Source: Pseudomonadota bacterium (GTDB taxonomy: Bacteria; Pseudomonadota; Alphaproteobacteria; Sphingomonadales; Sphingomonadaceae). Taken from it: a DNA stretch of 64,000 nt. Positions 29,296 to 39,188 of the stretch are shown here, in pieces. Position numbers and translations under genes: made by a program. The stretch spans positions 5,714-69,713 of the forward strand of contig JBKPOU010000029.1 of assembly GCA_046733255.1 (NCBI GenBank), in the 5' to 3' direction. Numbering within the stretch: the first letter of the stretch is position 1; each line of letters opens with the position of its first letter. The notes under the pieces were generated by a model. That model ran no database searches and had not been told where the DNA came from. It worked only from the letters and a program-made list of their open reading frames with translations.

Positions 29296-30099
29296 ATGCC
29301 ATCCGAAGGCGCGAAGGCCGATCTCCGCTCCGCCGGGATCGCGCTGGTCTCTTCGGACAGGGACCTCGCCCAGGCGGCGGAGGCCATGCTTCGCCGCCGG
29401 TACGATTGGGCGGAGTTGGAGACCGCCGGAATCCTGGTCGCGCTTGGCGGCGACGGCTTCATGCTCCACACACTTCACCAGATTCTCGAGGGCGAGCTGC
29501 CCGAGCTTCCAGTGTTTGGGATGAATCGGGGAACCGTCGGCTTCCTGATGAACGACTGGAGGCTGGACAGGCTGGCCGAACGGATTGCGGGCGCCAAGGA
29601 AATCCGAGTCGCCCCGTTGGCGATGACGGCTTGGACAGTCGGCGGCGACGTTTTCACTAACGCAGCCATCAACGAGGTCTCGCTTCTCCGGGAAACCCGC
29701 CAGACCGCGAAGATCGAGGTATCGGTCAACGGGCGCACCGCGATTCCGGAGATCGCCTGCGACGGCATCCTTGTCGCGACTCCCGCCGGATCGACCGCCT
29801 ACAATCTTTCCGCTGGCGGGCCGATCCTTCCGCTCCAGGCGAAGATGCTGGCGCTTACGCCGATCAGCCCTTTCCGGCCGCGGCGCTGGTCGGGCGCGAT
29901 CCTTCCCGACGACACGAGCATCTGCTTCAAGGTGCTGGAGCCGGAGAACCGCCCCGTGTCCGCCGTCGCCGATCAGTTCGAGGTCCGAGAGGTCGCGCAG
30001 GTCGACGTCAAGCTCGACCACCAGCGGTCGCTGACGCTTCTGTTCGATCCCGAGCATGCGCTGGACGAGCGCATCGCGATGGAGCAATTCGCGACCTAA
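29296..30099 (+). CDS. ppnK: NAD kinase
   Basis: LGGDGFML, MNRGTVGFLMN, AINEVSL, DGILVATPAGSTAYNLSAGGP. Confidence 0.96.
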   Translation: MPSEGAKADLRSAGIALVSSDRDLAQAAEAMLRRRYDWAELETAGILVALGGDGFMLHTLHQILEGELPELPVFGMNRGTVGFLMNDWRLDRLAERIAGAKEIRVAPLAMTAWTVGGDVFTNAAINEVSLLRETRQTAKIEVSVNGRTAIPEIACDGILVATPAGSTAYNLSAGGPILPLQAKMLALTPISPFRPRRWSGAILPDDTSICFKVLEPENRPVSAVADQFEVREVAQVDVKLDHQRSLTLLFDPEHALDERIAMEQFAT

Positions 30100-30168
30100 T
30101 GCAGCCAGCGGGGCGCTTGCCTTTGCGCCAAGCTTCGCTATCTAGCCCGCGCTGCCCTCTTGGGCTGC

Positions 30169-30243
30169 TCCCCGGTAGCTCAGCGGTAGAGCATCCGACT
30201 GTTAATCGGACGGCCGCCTGTTCGAATCAGGCCCGGGGAGCCA
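30169..30243 (+). tRNA. trnN: tRNA-Asn (GTT)
   Basis: TCCCCGG/CCGGGGA acceptor stem, GCTC/GAGC D stem, TCCGA-CTGTTAA-TCGGA anticodon arm, GCCTG-TTCGAAT-CAGGC T arm, encoded CCA; 75 nt. Confidence 0.97.
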
Positions 30244-30294
30244 TTCTTCTCCGCACGGTTGCCAACATCGCATCGAGCGGCGCACGAAGTTGAA

Positions 30295-31560
30295 TTAGGC
30301 GGCGCCCCGGCTGTGCCAGCGGGAATCAGTCGGCCACTTCTTCGCGAAGGCCTCGCCCAGACGATCCGGATGCGAAAGCGCCGGACCCGCCGGAAGCGCC
30401 ATGTCCCCCACTGCGCGCAGGTCGGAGTGAACAGGCACGGTCGCGATCAGCGTCGTTCCCGGGCTGCCCCTGCGGAATGTCAGACGGCCCCCGACCTCGC
30501 GGATTCTCTCTTTCATGCTCGAAAGCCCGACGCCTCGGAGGATGTCGACCGGCATTCCTTTGCCATTGTCAGCCACGACGACATGGAGGCTCGCCGCGCG
30601 CTGGATGAGGCTGACGGCCGCATCGGTCGCGTGCGCGTGCCGATGGATGTTCGAAAGCGCTTCCTGGACCAGGCGGTAGATCGCAACCTCGGCGCCCGGA
30701 GACAGATTGAGCGGGGCCTCGTCGCCCCCGACCGTGATCCGCAGTCCGGTCCGGCGGCCGAACCCTTCTGCCAGCTGGCGAAGAGCGGTCCGTATGCCGA
30801 CGTCGCTCAGCTGGGGCGGATGGGCGAGGAAGGAGATGGCCCGAAGCTCGCTCTGCGCCTCGCCAAGCAACTGCTCCATCTCCTCAATAATCTCATCGAC
30901 GGCGCCAAAGCGGCGCGAGCGTTTTAGCTGGCCGATCGAAAGCCCGAGGCCAGCCAGGGACTGCATCGTGGAATCGTGCACTTCCCGAGCGATCCGGCGC
31001 CGTTCCAAGTCCTGGCTTTCGATGAGCGAGTGGCTGAAGCCTTCGCGCATGTGGCGAAGCTGGACGAGCTCCGTGACGTCGTAGCGCGTGACCGTCGCGA
31101 AGCTGCGCCCGCCCACTTCCATTCGATTTACGCACAGTTGGAACGAGCGGCCCTCCCAGCGATCCTTGCCGTGATAGAGGTAGCGGAACGACGCGTCGCC
31201 CGTTTCGTCCATCATGCGCATACCGTCCGCCGCGAGTTTCGCCGGCTTGTGGCCTTCGCGGGCGCGGGCTTCGCAGAATTCGAGATAGTTGGTCCCGACG
31301 CTCAGCTGGTCGTAGCCGTAGACCGCCGCCGTTTTCGTCCAGGCTTCATTGACGGCCAGGATCGTCCATTGATCATCGACGAGCGCGATCTGCTCGGAAA
31401 GGCTGTCGATGATCAGCTGGAAGATTTCGACGAACGAGGGCTGGGCCTGAGCTTCGTCGGAGTGGAATGCCTGATCCGGACCATATGCAGAATGGGTCGG
31501 TTCAGGAGAATCCCCGACGGGCCTCCCAATATGTACGGGTACTTCCGACCCCTGCTCCAA
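30295..31560 (-). CDS. Soluble sensor histidine kinase (PAS-like + HisKA_3 + HATPase; NarX/UhpB type)
   Basis: ERRRIAREVHDSTMQSL, YRLVQEALSNIHRHA, VADNGKG, GVGLSSMKER; no transmembrane segment. Confidence 0.88.
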   Translation of the reverse strand: MEQGSEVPVHIGRPVGDSPEPTHSAYGPDQAFHSDEAQAQPSFVEIFQLIIDSLSEQIALVDDQWTILAVNEAWTKTAAVYGYDQLSVGTNYLEFCEARAREGHKPAKLAADGMRMMDETGDASFRYLYHGKDRWEGRSFQLCVNRMEVGGRSFATVTRYDVTELVQLRHMREGFSHSLIESQDLERRRIAREVHDSTMQSLAGLGLSIGQLKRSRRFGAVDEIIEEMEQLLGEAQSELRAISFLAHPPQLSDVGIRTALRQLAEGFGRRTGLRITVGGDEAPLNLSPGAEVAIYRLVQEALSNIHRHAHATDAAVSLIQRAASLHVVVADNGKGMPVDILRGVGLSSMKERIREVGGRLTFRRGSPGTTLIATVPVHSDLRAVGDMALPAGPALSHPDRLGEAFAKKWPTDSRWHSRGAA

Positions 31561-31618
31561 TCGACTTCCCCCGGCCTCGCCCAGGAAACACGGACTCGGG
31601 CTGCGTTAGCCAACAATA

Positions 31619-32257
31619 TCACAGGTTAGGGGGTGAGGGTAAGTTATCAACATCGGGGGTTGTACCTAGGGGTTTGGCGCTCATGCCGAGCGACCCCTGG
31701 CGACGGAGGCGCTCTGCCACGGCTCTTTGCGCCAGGAAGTCCTCCATGCATTCGGCAACTTCGTCTTCGGGCCCAAGCCGTACCCACGAGTGGGAGCCGT
31801 ACCAGCTGGCCCAGGCCTGACCGCGTTCGCTGCTGAAGACAACCGGAGTCGAGAAACTCGTGTCAGGTCGCCCGGGCCGAAGGGAATTTTCGACGATCCT
31901 CCGTACAGCTTCGACGAGTGCAATGAGGATTCCCGCGGATACGATGAAGATGACGAAGCTGATCTCCTCGACCCTGTCGAACACGAACTGGTAGCGCGGC
32001 ACGACGAACAGGACGCTGGCCACCGCCCACGAACCGAACGCAGCTGCAGCCGCATAAGCCCAGTGGAGAAGGATCGCCGCGACGATGACGAACGGCATGT
32101 AGATAAGGAAGGACAGGTGCCCTGCGAGCAGCGAGTCGAGGATGAGACGAATCGCCGTCGGGACGAGGACCAGTACTGCGCCGAAGAGCAGCGCCCGCAT
32201 TCCCTTGGCAGGCGGCGCAAGCAGCAGCCTGCTGAATTTGTCCATCAATGGCATCAC
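31619..32257 (-). CDS. DUF4118-like membrane protein with an unrecognised C-terminal domain
   Basis: Four hydrophobic segments (AIRLILD...YMPFVIVAAIL...VLFVVP) followed by VVFSSERGQAWASWYGSHSWVRLGP. Confidence 0.65.
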   Translation of the reverse strand: MMPLMDKFSRLLLAPPAKGMRALLFGAVLVLVPTAIRLILDSLLAGHLSFLIYMPFVIVAAILLHWAYAAAAAFGSWAVASVLFVVPRYQFVFDRVEEISFVIFIVSAGILIALVEAVRRIVENSLRPGRPDTSFSTPVVFSSERGQAWASWYGSHSWVRLGPEDEVAECMEDFLAQRAVAERLRRQGSLGMSAKPLGTTPDVDNLPSPPNL

Positions 32258-32364
32258 CGGTGTCCGAGCAATCGAGCGAGCCCGTTCAACAGTCTAGCCT
32301 TCAATTGGCCGAGTTAACATGCCCAGTTGAAGTCGCACTTAAACGCATCAAGACCGGCGCTCGA

Positions 32365-35300
32365 TCAGCCGTCCAGCGCCGCCATCAACGTCGCGTTACC
32401 CCCGGCCGCGGTGGTATCCGTGCAGGTGACGCGCTCTGTCGCGAAACGGGCGACATAGTGCGGCCCGCCGGCTTTCGGGCCGGTCCCGGAAAGTCCCTCG
32501 CCGCCGAACGGCTGGCTTTCTACGACCGCGCCGATCTGGTTGCGGTTGACGTAGAGATTGCCGACGCGGGCATGCTCCTCGACATATTCGCGAACGGTGT
32601 CGATGCGGCTCTGAAGGCCGAGCGTAAGCCCGTACCCGGTCGTATTGATAGCCTCGACGACCTTGTCGAGCTCGTCTCCGGCAAAACGGATGACGTGAAG
32701 AATTGCCCCGAAATTCTCGCGATTCAGTTGGCTTAGCGATTCGATCTCATAGAGAGCTGGAGCAACGAAGCAGCCGTTGGCGGCTTCCTTCGGCGGCTTC
32801 AGCCTGCAGATCTTCTTCGCATTCTTGTCGAGCCACTTGAGGTGCTCGTCGAGAACCTTCTTCGCAGCTTCGTCGATGACCGGACCGACGTCAGTCGACA
32901 GGTCGGAGGGATCGCCCACCTTCAACGCTTCCATCGCGCCGGCAATCATCCTTATCATGCGGTCGGCGACGTCCTCCTGGACGAAGAGGACCCGCAAGGC
33001 CGAGCAGCGTTGGCCGGCGCTCTGGAATGCCGAGGAAATCACGTCGCGCGTCACCTGCTCGGGAAGCGCCGACGAATCGACGATCATCGCATTCTGGCCT
33101 CCCGTTTCGGCAACGAACGGGATGATCGGCCCGTCGCGCTCGGCGAGCGTCCGGTTGATCATGCGCGCCGTCTCGGTCGAGCCGGTGAAGACAACGCCCG
33201 AAATTAGCGGATGTGCGGTGAGCGTTCCGCCGACGACCCTGCCCGAGCCGGGTGCGAGCTGGACCACGTCCTTTGGAATGCCCGCCTGGTGCATCAGCTC
33301 GACGGCCAGCGCCCCGATCAACGGCGTTTGCCCCGCCGGCTTTGCGATCACCGCATTGCCGGCGGCAAGCGGCGCCGACGCCAGGCCGGTGAAGATGGCG
33401 AGCGGGAAATTCCACGGCGAAATGCTTGCGATCACGCCCCGTCCATGCAGGCGCAGCTCGTTCTGCTCCCCCGTCGGGCCAGGAAGCGGAAGCGGCTTCG
33501 TGAACTGGCGTCGTGCCTCGCTCGCATAAAAGCGGAGAAAATCGACCGCCTCGCGCACTTCGAGCACGGCGTCGATCAAGGTCTTCCCGGCTTCACGAAT
33601 GCAGAGCGAGAAGAACTCCTCCGCGTGCGCCTCGTAAAGATCGGCGGTGCGTTCGAGCAGTCTCGCCCGAGCCTCGCCGCCGAGCGCATCCCAGCGGACC
33701 TGTGCGGCATGCCCGGCACGGACCATCCGATCGACCTCGTCGGCCGTCGCCTCGAACGTCGTACCGACCGTTATCCTATGGTCGTGCGGCGACACGATCG
33801 GCCTGGCCTCGCCTTTCCCGAGGCACGGCTTCGCGGTCCAGGTTCGGTCTTCGAGCTTTTTCAGCCGCTCGAGTAGCGGCTCGCGCACCAATGGGTCGCT
33901 GAGGTCGACGCCGGCGCTGTTGCGGCGAGCGGACCCGAACAGGTCCGTCGGCAGGGCGATCTTAGGATTACGCTTGGGCGTCAACGCCTCGAGCTCAGCG
34001 ATCGGATCGCGAACAAGCTCGTCGATCGAGACGTGCTCGTCGGCGATGCGGTTGACGAAGCTCGAATTGGCGCCGTTCTCGAGGAGCCGCCGCACCAGGT
34101 AAGCGAGCAGCTCCTTGTGGCTGCCGACGGGTGCGTAGATCCGCACCGGGGTCGGCCTGTCGCCAAGATGGCGCTCAAGCTCCGCCAGTTCCTCGTAAAG
34201 CTCCTCGCCCATCCCATGCAGGCGCTGGAACTCGAATTCCCTGCCGCCGGCAAGCGCCTTCACCTGGCCGATGGTATTGGCGTTGTGCGTAGCGAAGGCG
34301 GGATACATGACGTCGCTCGCGGCGAGCATTTTCTTCGCGCAGGCGAGATAGGACACGTCGGTCGCGACCTTTCGCGTCCAGACAGGATAATCGGGCAACC
34401 CCCCGACCTGGGCGAGCTTGATCTCGGTGTCCCAATAGGCGCCCTTGACCAGCCGGCACATCAGCTTGCGGCCATGCGCCCGAGCGGCCTCGATGACCCA
34501 ATCGACCAGAGGCGCAGCCCGCTTCTGATAAGCCTGGATCGCGATTCCGAGCCCGCCCCAGCCGTTGGCGAACAGCTCGTCATCGGCGAGCAACGCCTCG
34601 AACACGTCCATCTGCAGCTCGAGCCGGTCGGCTTCTTCGGCATCGATCGTGAAGTGGACGTCGGCCTTCGAGGCTTTCAGGGCCAGTTCGCGAACGACGG
34701 GGATCACCGCCGCCAGCGCCTCCTCGCGATGCGTGAACTCAAAGCGCGGGTGAAGGGCGGTCAGCTTCACCGAAATGCCCGGCGAAGATCGGAATCCGCC
34801 TTTCGCTTCCTTCGAGATGCGATCGAGCGCTCCACGGTAGGACTCAGCATAACGCTCGGCGTCCTCGTAGGTCCTGGCCGCCTCGCCGAGCATGTCGAAG
34901 CTATGGCTGAGGCCCTTGCGGCGCTCCGGTTCGGCGCGCTTGAGCGCCTCGCCGATGGTGCGGCCGAAGACGAAATTGCGGCCGAGGATCTTCATCGCCT
35001 CGCGGACCGCGGTTCGCACGACGGGCTCGCCGAGGCGGCCGACGGCGCGGCCCAGCGCCGCTTTCCAATTGTCGGAGCGGTCCTGAGCGCCTTCCAGTAC
35101 CTTGCCCGTGAGAAGCAGCGAGAAGGTGGCAGCGTTGACGAACGCCGAGTCCGAACGTCCGAGTTTCTCGGACCAGTCAGGCCCTGCCAGCTTGTCGGCG
35201 ATCAGCTCGTCTGCCGTGTGGGCGTCGGGAATCCGAAGGAGTGCCTCGGCGAGGCACATCATCGCGATGCCCTCGTCGGAGCCGAGGTCATAGGCGTGGA

Positions 35301-35487
35301 GGAAAGCGTCGACCCCCGACGGCTTGTGGGCCCGGACGCCCTTGACAAGCGTCCTCGCGGTCGCGGTCGCCTCGCCCGTTTCCGTTGTCGACAGCCGCGC
35401 CTGATCGATCCGATCTCTAGCGGCCTGTTCCTCGTCAGGCCGATAGGCGCGCCTCAGCTCCGTCCGGTCGGTCGGCCGGACCCCCAA
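32365..35487 (-). CDS. putA: Bifunctional proline dehydrogenase / P5C dehydrogenase
   Basis: RLVKGAYWDTEIK, YLVRRLLENGANSSF, ETGGQN, SAGQRCSALR. Start uncertain (TTG at 35487 or 35514). Confidence 0.96.
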   Translation of the reverse strand: MGVRPTDRTELRRAYRPDEEQAARDRIDQARLSTTETGEATATARTLVKGVRAHKPSGVDAFLHAYDLGSDEGIAMMCLAEALLRIPDAHTADELIADKLAGPDWSEKLGRSDSAFVNAATFSLLLTGKVLEGAQDRSDNWKAALGRAVGRLGEPVVRTAVREAMKILGRNFVFGRTIGEALKRAEPERRKGLSHSFDMLGEAARTYEDAERYAESYRGALDRISKEAKGGFRSSPGISVKLTALHPRFEFTHREEALAAVIPVVRELALKASKADVHFTIDAEEADRLELQMDVFEALLADDELFANGWGGLGIAIQAYQKRAAPLVDWVIEAARAHGRKLMCRLVKGAYWDTEIKLAQVGGLPDYPVWTRKVATDVSYLACAKKMLAASDVMYPAFATHNANTIGQVKALAGGREFEFQRLHGMGEELYEELAELERHLGDRPTPVRIYAPVGSHKELLAYLVRRLLENGANSSFVNRIADEHVSIDELVRDPIAELEALTPKRNPKIALPTDLFGSARRNSAGVDLSDPLVREPLLERLKKLEDRTWTAKPCLGKGEARPIVSPHDHRITVGTTFEATADEVDRMVRAGHAAQVRWDALGGEARARLLERTADLYEAHAEEFFSLCIREAGKTLIDAVLEVREAVDFLRFYASEARRQFTKPLPLPGPTGEQNELRLHGRGVIASISPWNFPLAIFTGLASAPLAAGNAVIAKPAGQTPLIGALAVELMHQAGIPKDVVQLAPGSGRVVGGTLTAHPLISGVVFTGSTETARMINRTLAERDGPIIPFVAETGGQNAMIVDSSALPEQVTRDVISSAFQSAGQRCSALRVLFVQEDVADRMIRMIAGAMEALKVGDPSDLSTDVGPVIDEAAKKVLDEHLKWLDKNAKKICRLKPPKEAANGCFVAPALYEIESLSQLNRENFGAILHVIRFAGDELDKVVEAINTTGYGLTLGLQSRIDTVREYVEEHARVGNLYVNRNQIGAVVESQPFGGEGLSGTGPKAGGPHYVARFATERVTCTDTTAAGGNATLMAALDG

Positions 35488-35492
35488 AGGGG

Positions 35493-38222
35493 CTACGCGA
35501 GCTGCCCGTGGCAATGCTTATACTTCTTGCCCGAGCCGCATGGGCACGGCGAGTTGCGGCTGATCGTCGTCGCTCCTGCCTCACCCTGATGCTGCGAGGG
35601 AAGGTCCGGCCGCGGCATCATCGCCGGCCGATTGGACAGGACCGCTCCGGTAGCCGCGTCAATATCTGCTGTGTCGTCCTCGCCCGAGAACGGATCGATA
35701 TGCTGGGTGATGAAGTCCGGCAGCGGCGGCGGCGGCGGCGCCTCGATCTGCAGGCTAGCCCGCATCAGGATCCGAGTGACCTCCTCGCGGATCGACACGA
35801 GCAGCCGCTCGAACAGCAGGAAGGCTTCCTGCTTATACTCGTCGATCGGCTTCTTCTGCGCATAGCTCCTCAGGTGGATGACCTGCCGGAGCGCGTCCAG
35901 CGTAGCGAGGTGGTCCTTCCAGTGATGGTCGAGCGTCTGGATGAGGATGTTCTTCTCGACCTCGGCCCAGCGGTCGGGCTCAACCTCCTCGACCTTCGCG
36001 GCCATGTGGAGATCCGCAAGTCCCTGCAGCCGCTCTATCACCAGCTCCTGCTCGACCGCTTCTTCCTGGAGCCAGTCGTCGACCGGTGGCTGGAGGCCGA
36101 AAATGGCGTCGATGCTTTCCTTGAGGCCGCTGACGTCCCACTGCTCGGGATAGGTTCCCGCGGGGCAGTGCGCCATGACGATCGAAGCGGTCGTGTCGGC
36201 GCGCATCTCGGCGATCACTTCGCTCACGCTGTCCGAATCCATGATGTCCGCGCGCTGCTCGTAGATGACCTTGCGCTGGTCGTTCATCACGTCGTCGAAT
36301 TCGACGACCTGCTTGCGGATATCGTAGTTGCGCGCCTCGACCTTCTTCTGAGCGGTCTCGATCGCCTTGGATATCCACGGGGAAACGATCGCTTCGCCGT
36401 CCTCCAGGTTCTTGTTCATCAGCCGGGCGAACATCGTCTGGGGGCCGAAGATGCGCAGCAGGTCGTCATCGAGGCTTAAGTAGAATTTCGACAGGCCGGG
36501 ATCGCCCTGGCGGCCCGATCGTCCCCGAAGCTGGTTGTCGATGCGGCGGCTCTCGTGCCGCTCGGTGCCGAGCACGTACAGCCCGCCGGCTTCGAGCACC
36601 CGCTGCTTCTCTTCGGCGATCTCGGTGCGGATCTTAGCCGCCTGCGCCTCGAATTCGGGGGTGCCGGCAACCAGGTCCGAAAACTCGTCCAGCATCCGGA
36701 ACTCGAGGTTGCCGCCGAGCTGGATGTCGGTGCCGCGGCCGGCCATGTTCGTCGCGATCGTCACCGCGCCGATGCGGCCGGCCTGGGCGACGATATGCGC
36801 TTCCTGCTCGTGAAAGCGCGCGTTCAGCACCGAATGCTTGATCCCCTCCTTCTGGAGATATTCGGACAGCATTTCCGATTTCTCGATCGAGACGGTGCCG
36901 ACCAGGGACGGCTGGCCTTTTTGCTGCTTGTCCTTCAGCTCCGTGGCGATCGCCGAGAATTTCTCCGTAATGGTCTTGTAGAATTCGTCGTCCTCGTCCT
37001 GTCGCAGCACGGGAACGTTGGTGGGGATGGCCACCACGTTCATCTTGTAGATGTCGAAGAATTCAGGCGCCTCGGTCATCGCCGTTCCGGTCATTCCGGA
37101 AAGCTTCGGATACATCCGGAAATAGTTCTGGAACGTGATGGAGGCGAGGGTCTGGTTCTCCGGCTCGATATAGACGCCTTCCTTCGCCTCCACCGCCTGG
37201 TGGAGCCCGTCGGACCAGCGCCGCCCTTCCATCATGCGGCCGGTGAACTCGTCGATGATGACGACCTTCCCGTCCTTGACGATATAGTCGATGTCCTTCT
37301 TGAACATGACGTTGGCCTTCAACGCCTGGTTCAAGTGGTGGACGGTCTGGGTGTTGACGATGTCGTAGAGGTTGCGGCCCTCGATAAGCCCGGCCTCCTC
37401 CAGCATCCGCTCGGCCTTTTCGGTGCCCTCCTCGGTCAGCACCACGGAACGCTGCTTCTCGTCCTTCTCGTAATCCTCCGCACTGAATGTCTTCACGATC
37501 TGGTCGACCGAGACGTAGAGCTCAGACTTGTCGTCGGTCGGACCGGAAATGATCAGCGGGGTTCGGGCTTCGTCGATGAGGATGGAGTCGACCTCGTCGA
37601 CGATGGCGAAGTTGAAGGGCCGCTGCACCATCTGATCGCGCGTGTACTTCATGTTGTCGCGCAGATAGTCGAAGCCGAATTCGTTGTTCGTCCCGTAGGT
37701 GATGTCCGAGCCGTAGGCAGCGCGGCGCTCCTCGTCGGTCAGGTTCGGAATGATCACGCCGACCGACATCCCGAGGAAATTGTAGATCTGTCCCATCCAG
37801 TCGGCATCGCGGCGGGCGAGATAGTCGTTGACGGTGACGACGTGGACGCCCTTGCCTTCGAGCGCGTTGAGATAGACGGCCAAGGTCGCGACGAGGGTCT
37901 TGCCTTCACCCGTCTTCATCTCGGCGATCTCGCCGCGGTGGAGCGCGATCCCGCCGATCAGCTGAACGTCATAGTGCCGCTGTCCAAGAGTGCGTTTCGC
38001 TGCTTCGCGAACGGTGGCGAAAGCCTCCGGAAGCAGGTCATCCAGGCTTTGGCCATCGGCCAGCCGCTTGCGAAGGATCTCGGTCTGGTTGCGCAGTTCT
38101 TCGTCGGTGAGCGCCTCGATACGCGGCTCGAACGCGTTGACCGCGTCGACATATTTGCCGAGGCTCCGGACATAGCGGTCGTTTGCCGATCCGAAGATGC
38201 TTTTGGCCAGTGCGGCGAACAT
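35493..38222 (-). CDS. secA: Preprotein translocase subunit SecA
   Basis: [51 protein letters not shown]. Confidence 0.99.
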   Translation of the reverse strand: MFAALAKSIFGSANDRYVRSLGKYVDAVNAFEPRIEALTDEELRNQTEILRKRLADGQSLDDLLPEAFATVREAAKRTLGQRHYDVQLIGGIALHRGEIAEMKTGEGKTLVATLAVYLNALEGKGVHVVTVNDYLARRDADWMGQIYNFLGMSVGVIIPNLTDEERRAAYGSDITYGTNNEFGFDYLRDNMKYTRDQMVQRPFNFAIVDEVDSILIDEARTPLIISGPTDDKSELYVSVDQIVKTFSAEDYEKDEKQRSVVLTEEGTEKAERMLEEAGLIEGRNLYDIVNTQTVHHLNQALKANVMFKKDIDYIVKDGKVVIIDEFTGRMMEGRRWSDGLHQAVEAKEGVYIEPENQTLASITFQNYFRMYPKLSGMTGTAMTEAPEFFDIYKMNVVAIPTNVPVLRQDEDDEFYKTITEKFSAIATELKDKQQKGQPSLVGTVSIEKSEMLSEYLQKEGIKHSVLNARFHEQEAHIVAQAGRIGAVTIATNMAGRGTDIQLGGNLEFRMLDEFSDLVAGTPEFEAQAAKIRTEIAEEKQRVLEAGGLYVLGTERHESRRIDNQLRGRSGRQGDPGLSKFYLSLDDDLLRIFGPQTMFARLMNKNLEDGEAIVSPWISKAIETAQKKVEARNYDIRKQVVEFDDVMNDQRKVIYEQRADIMDSDSVSEVIAEMRADTTASIVMAHCPAGTYPEQWDVSGLKESIDAIFGLQPPVDDWLQEEAVEQELVIERLQGLADLHMAAKVEEVEPDRWAEVEKNILIQTLDHHWKDHLATLDALRQVIHLRSYAQKKPIDEYKQEAFLLFERLLVSIREEVTRILMRASLQIEAPPPPPLPDFITQHIDPFSGEDDTADIDAATGAVLSNRPAMMPRPDLPSQHQGEAGATTISRNSPCPCGSGKKYKHCHGQLA

Positions 38223-38296
38223 GGAATTCCTTTAGATGCTCATGGCGCGCGACGGAACGGCGACCTGCCTCGCCCGCGCGCGAGCGTTGCGGCGGC

Positions 38297-38325
38297 GATG
38301 TAGGAACGGCGCTAGCCTTAGTCAA
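38297..38325 (-). promoter_or_regulatory. Candidate sigma70 promoter for secA
   Basis: TTGACT-N16-CTACATC on the minus strand. Confidence 0.5.
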
Positions 38326-38346
38326 ACGGAGTCATGGCTGATGGGT

Positions 38347-38808
38347 ATGACCGGCGGATGCATGTGCGGCTCGGTGCGGTACGAGCTGCAAAGCGAACCG
38401 TTCGATTGCGGCTGGTGCCACTGCCGAACTTGCCAGCTGAGCAGCGGCGCGCCCGCGCAGGCCTTCGCGAGCGCAAGGCGCGGGGACTGGACGCCAACTT
38501 CGGGCGCCGACAGCATCCGGATGGTGAAGTCGAGCAGCTTCGGTCAGCGCTTCTTCTGCGGCGAGTGCGGCACTCCGCTCTACGTCACCGTGGATCACCA
38601 GCCGAAAACGCTCGATTTCAGCGTAGTCACTCTCGACGACCCCGACGCGGTTCCGCCGGAGTATCACATCTTCTGGTCGAGCAAGATCGCCTGGTTCAAT
38701 CCCGCCGACGATTTGCCGCGGCACGAGCGCTTCCGGCCAAACACCGAGGGCCTCAGGGGCACCGAACCGCCGGACAATTCCTCAATGACCGGAGGAGCAG
38801 AGGTCTAG
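38347..38808 (+). CDS. GFA / CENP-V family protein (second paralog)
   Basis: GGCMCGSVRY, WCHCRTCQ, FCGECG, HIFWSSK. Confidence 0.9.
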   Translation: MTGGCMCGSVRYELQSEPFDCGWCHCRTCQLSSGAPAQAFASARRGDWTPTSGADSIRMVKSSSFGQRFFCGECGTPLYVTVDHQPKTLDFSVVTLDDPDAVPPEYHIFWSSKIAWFNPADDLPRHERFRPNTEGLRGTEPPDNSSMTGGAEV

Positions 38809-39125
38809 AGATTGCCTTCGAGCCACTGCTGGATGTGGCTCCGTGGCGCGGCGCCCACCTTCTGCGCGACCGGCTGCCCATCCTTGAACAGCAGCATAGT
38901 AGGGATTCCGCGCACTCCGTAGCGCGCCGGGACGTCCGGATTCTCGTCGATGTTGAGCTTCGCCACGGTCACCTTTTCGCCGAGGTCGTTTGAAATGTCT
39001 TCGAGCGCCGGCGCGATCATCCGGCACGGGCCGCACCATTCCGCCCAGAAGTCCACCAGCACAGGACCCGATGCGCCGAGCACGTCGCTTGCAAAACTCT
39101 GGTCGGTGACGGTCTTCGTGGCCAT
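38805..39125 (-). CDS. trxA: Thioredoxin
   Basis: DFWAEWCGPC; ATG at 39125 after AGGAG. Confidence 0.97.
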   Translation of the reverse strand: MATKTVTDQSFASDVLGASGPVLVDFWAEWCGPCRMIAPALEDISNDLGEKVTVAKLNIDENPDVPARYGVRGIPTMLLFKDGQPVAQKVGAAPRSHIQQWLEGNL

Positions 39126-39159
39126 GGGCTCTGTCTCCTGAGGGATTCGTTCGGATTCC

Positions 39160-39188
39160 ATATGGGCAGCGAAGGCGCAGTCCTCAAC
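39160..39188 (-). promoter_or_regulatory. Candidate RpoH (sigma32) promoter for trxA
   Basis: GTTGAG-N16-CCCATAT; the -35 overlaps the addA stop codon. Confidence 0.55.

Noticed and set aside
32300-32320. CtrA box upstream of the DUF4118-like gene
   Set aside because: Only a TTAAC half-site; no TTAA-N7-TTAA.
30244-32364. Integrative element or genomic island at tRNA-Asn
   Set aside because: No integrase, no duplicated tRNA 3' end (attR) and no mobility genes are visible; at most an old islet.
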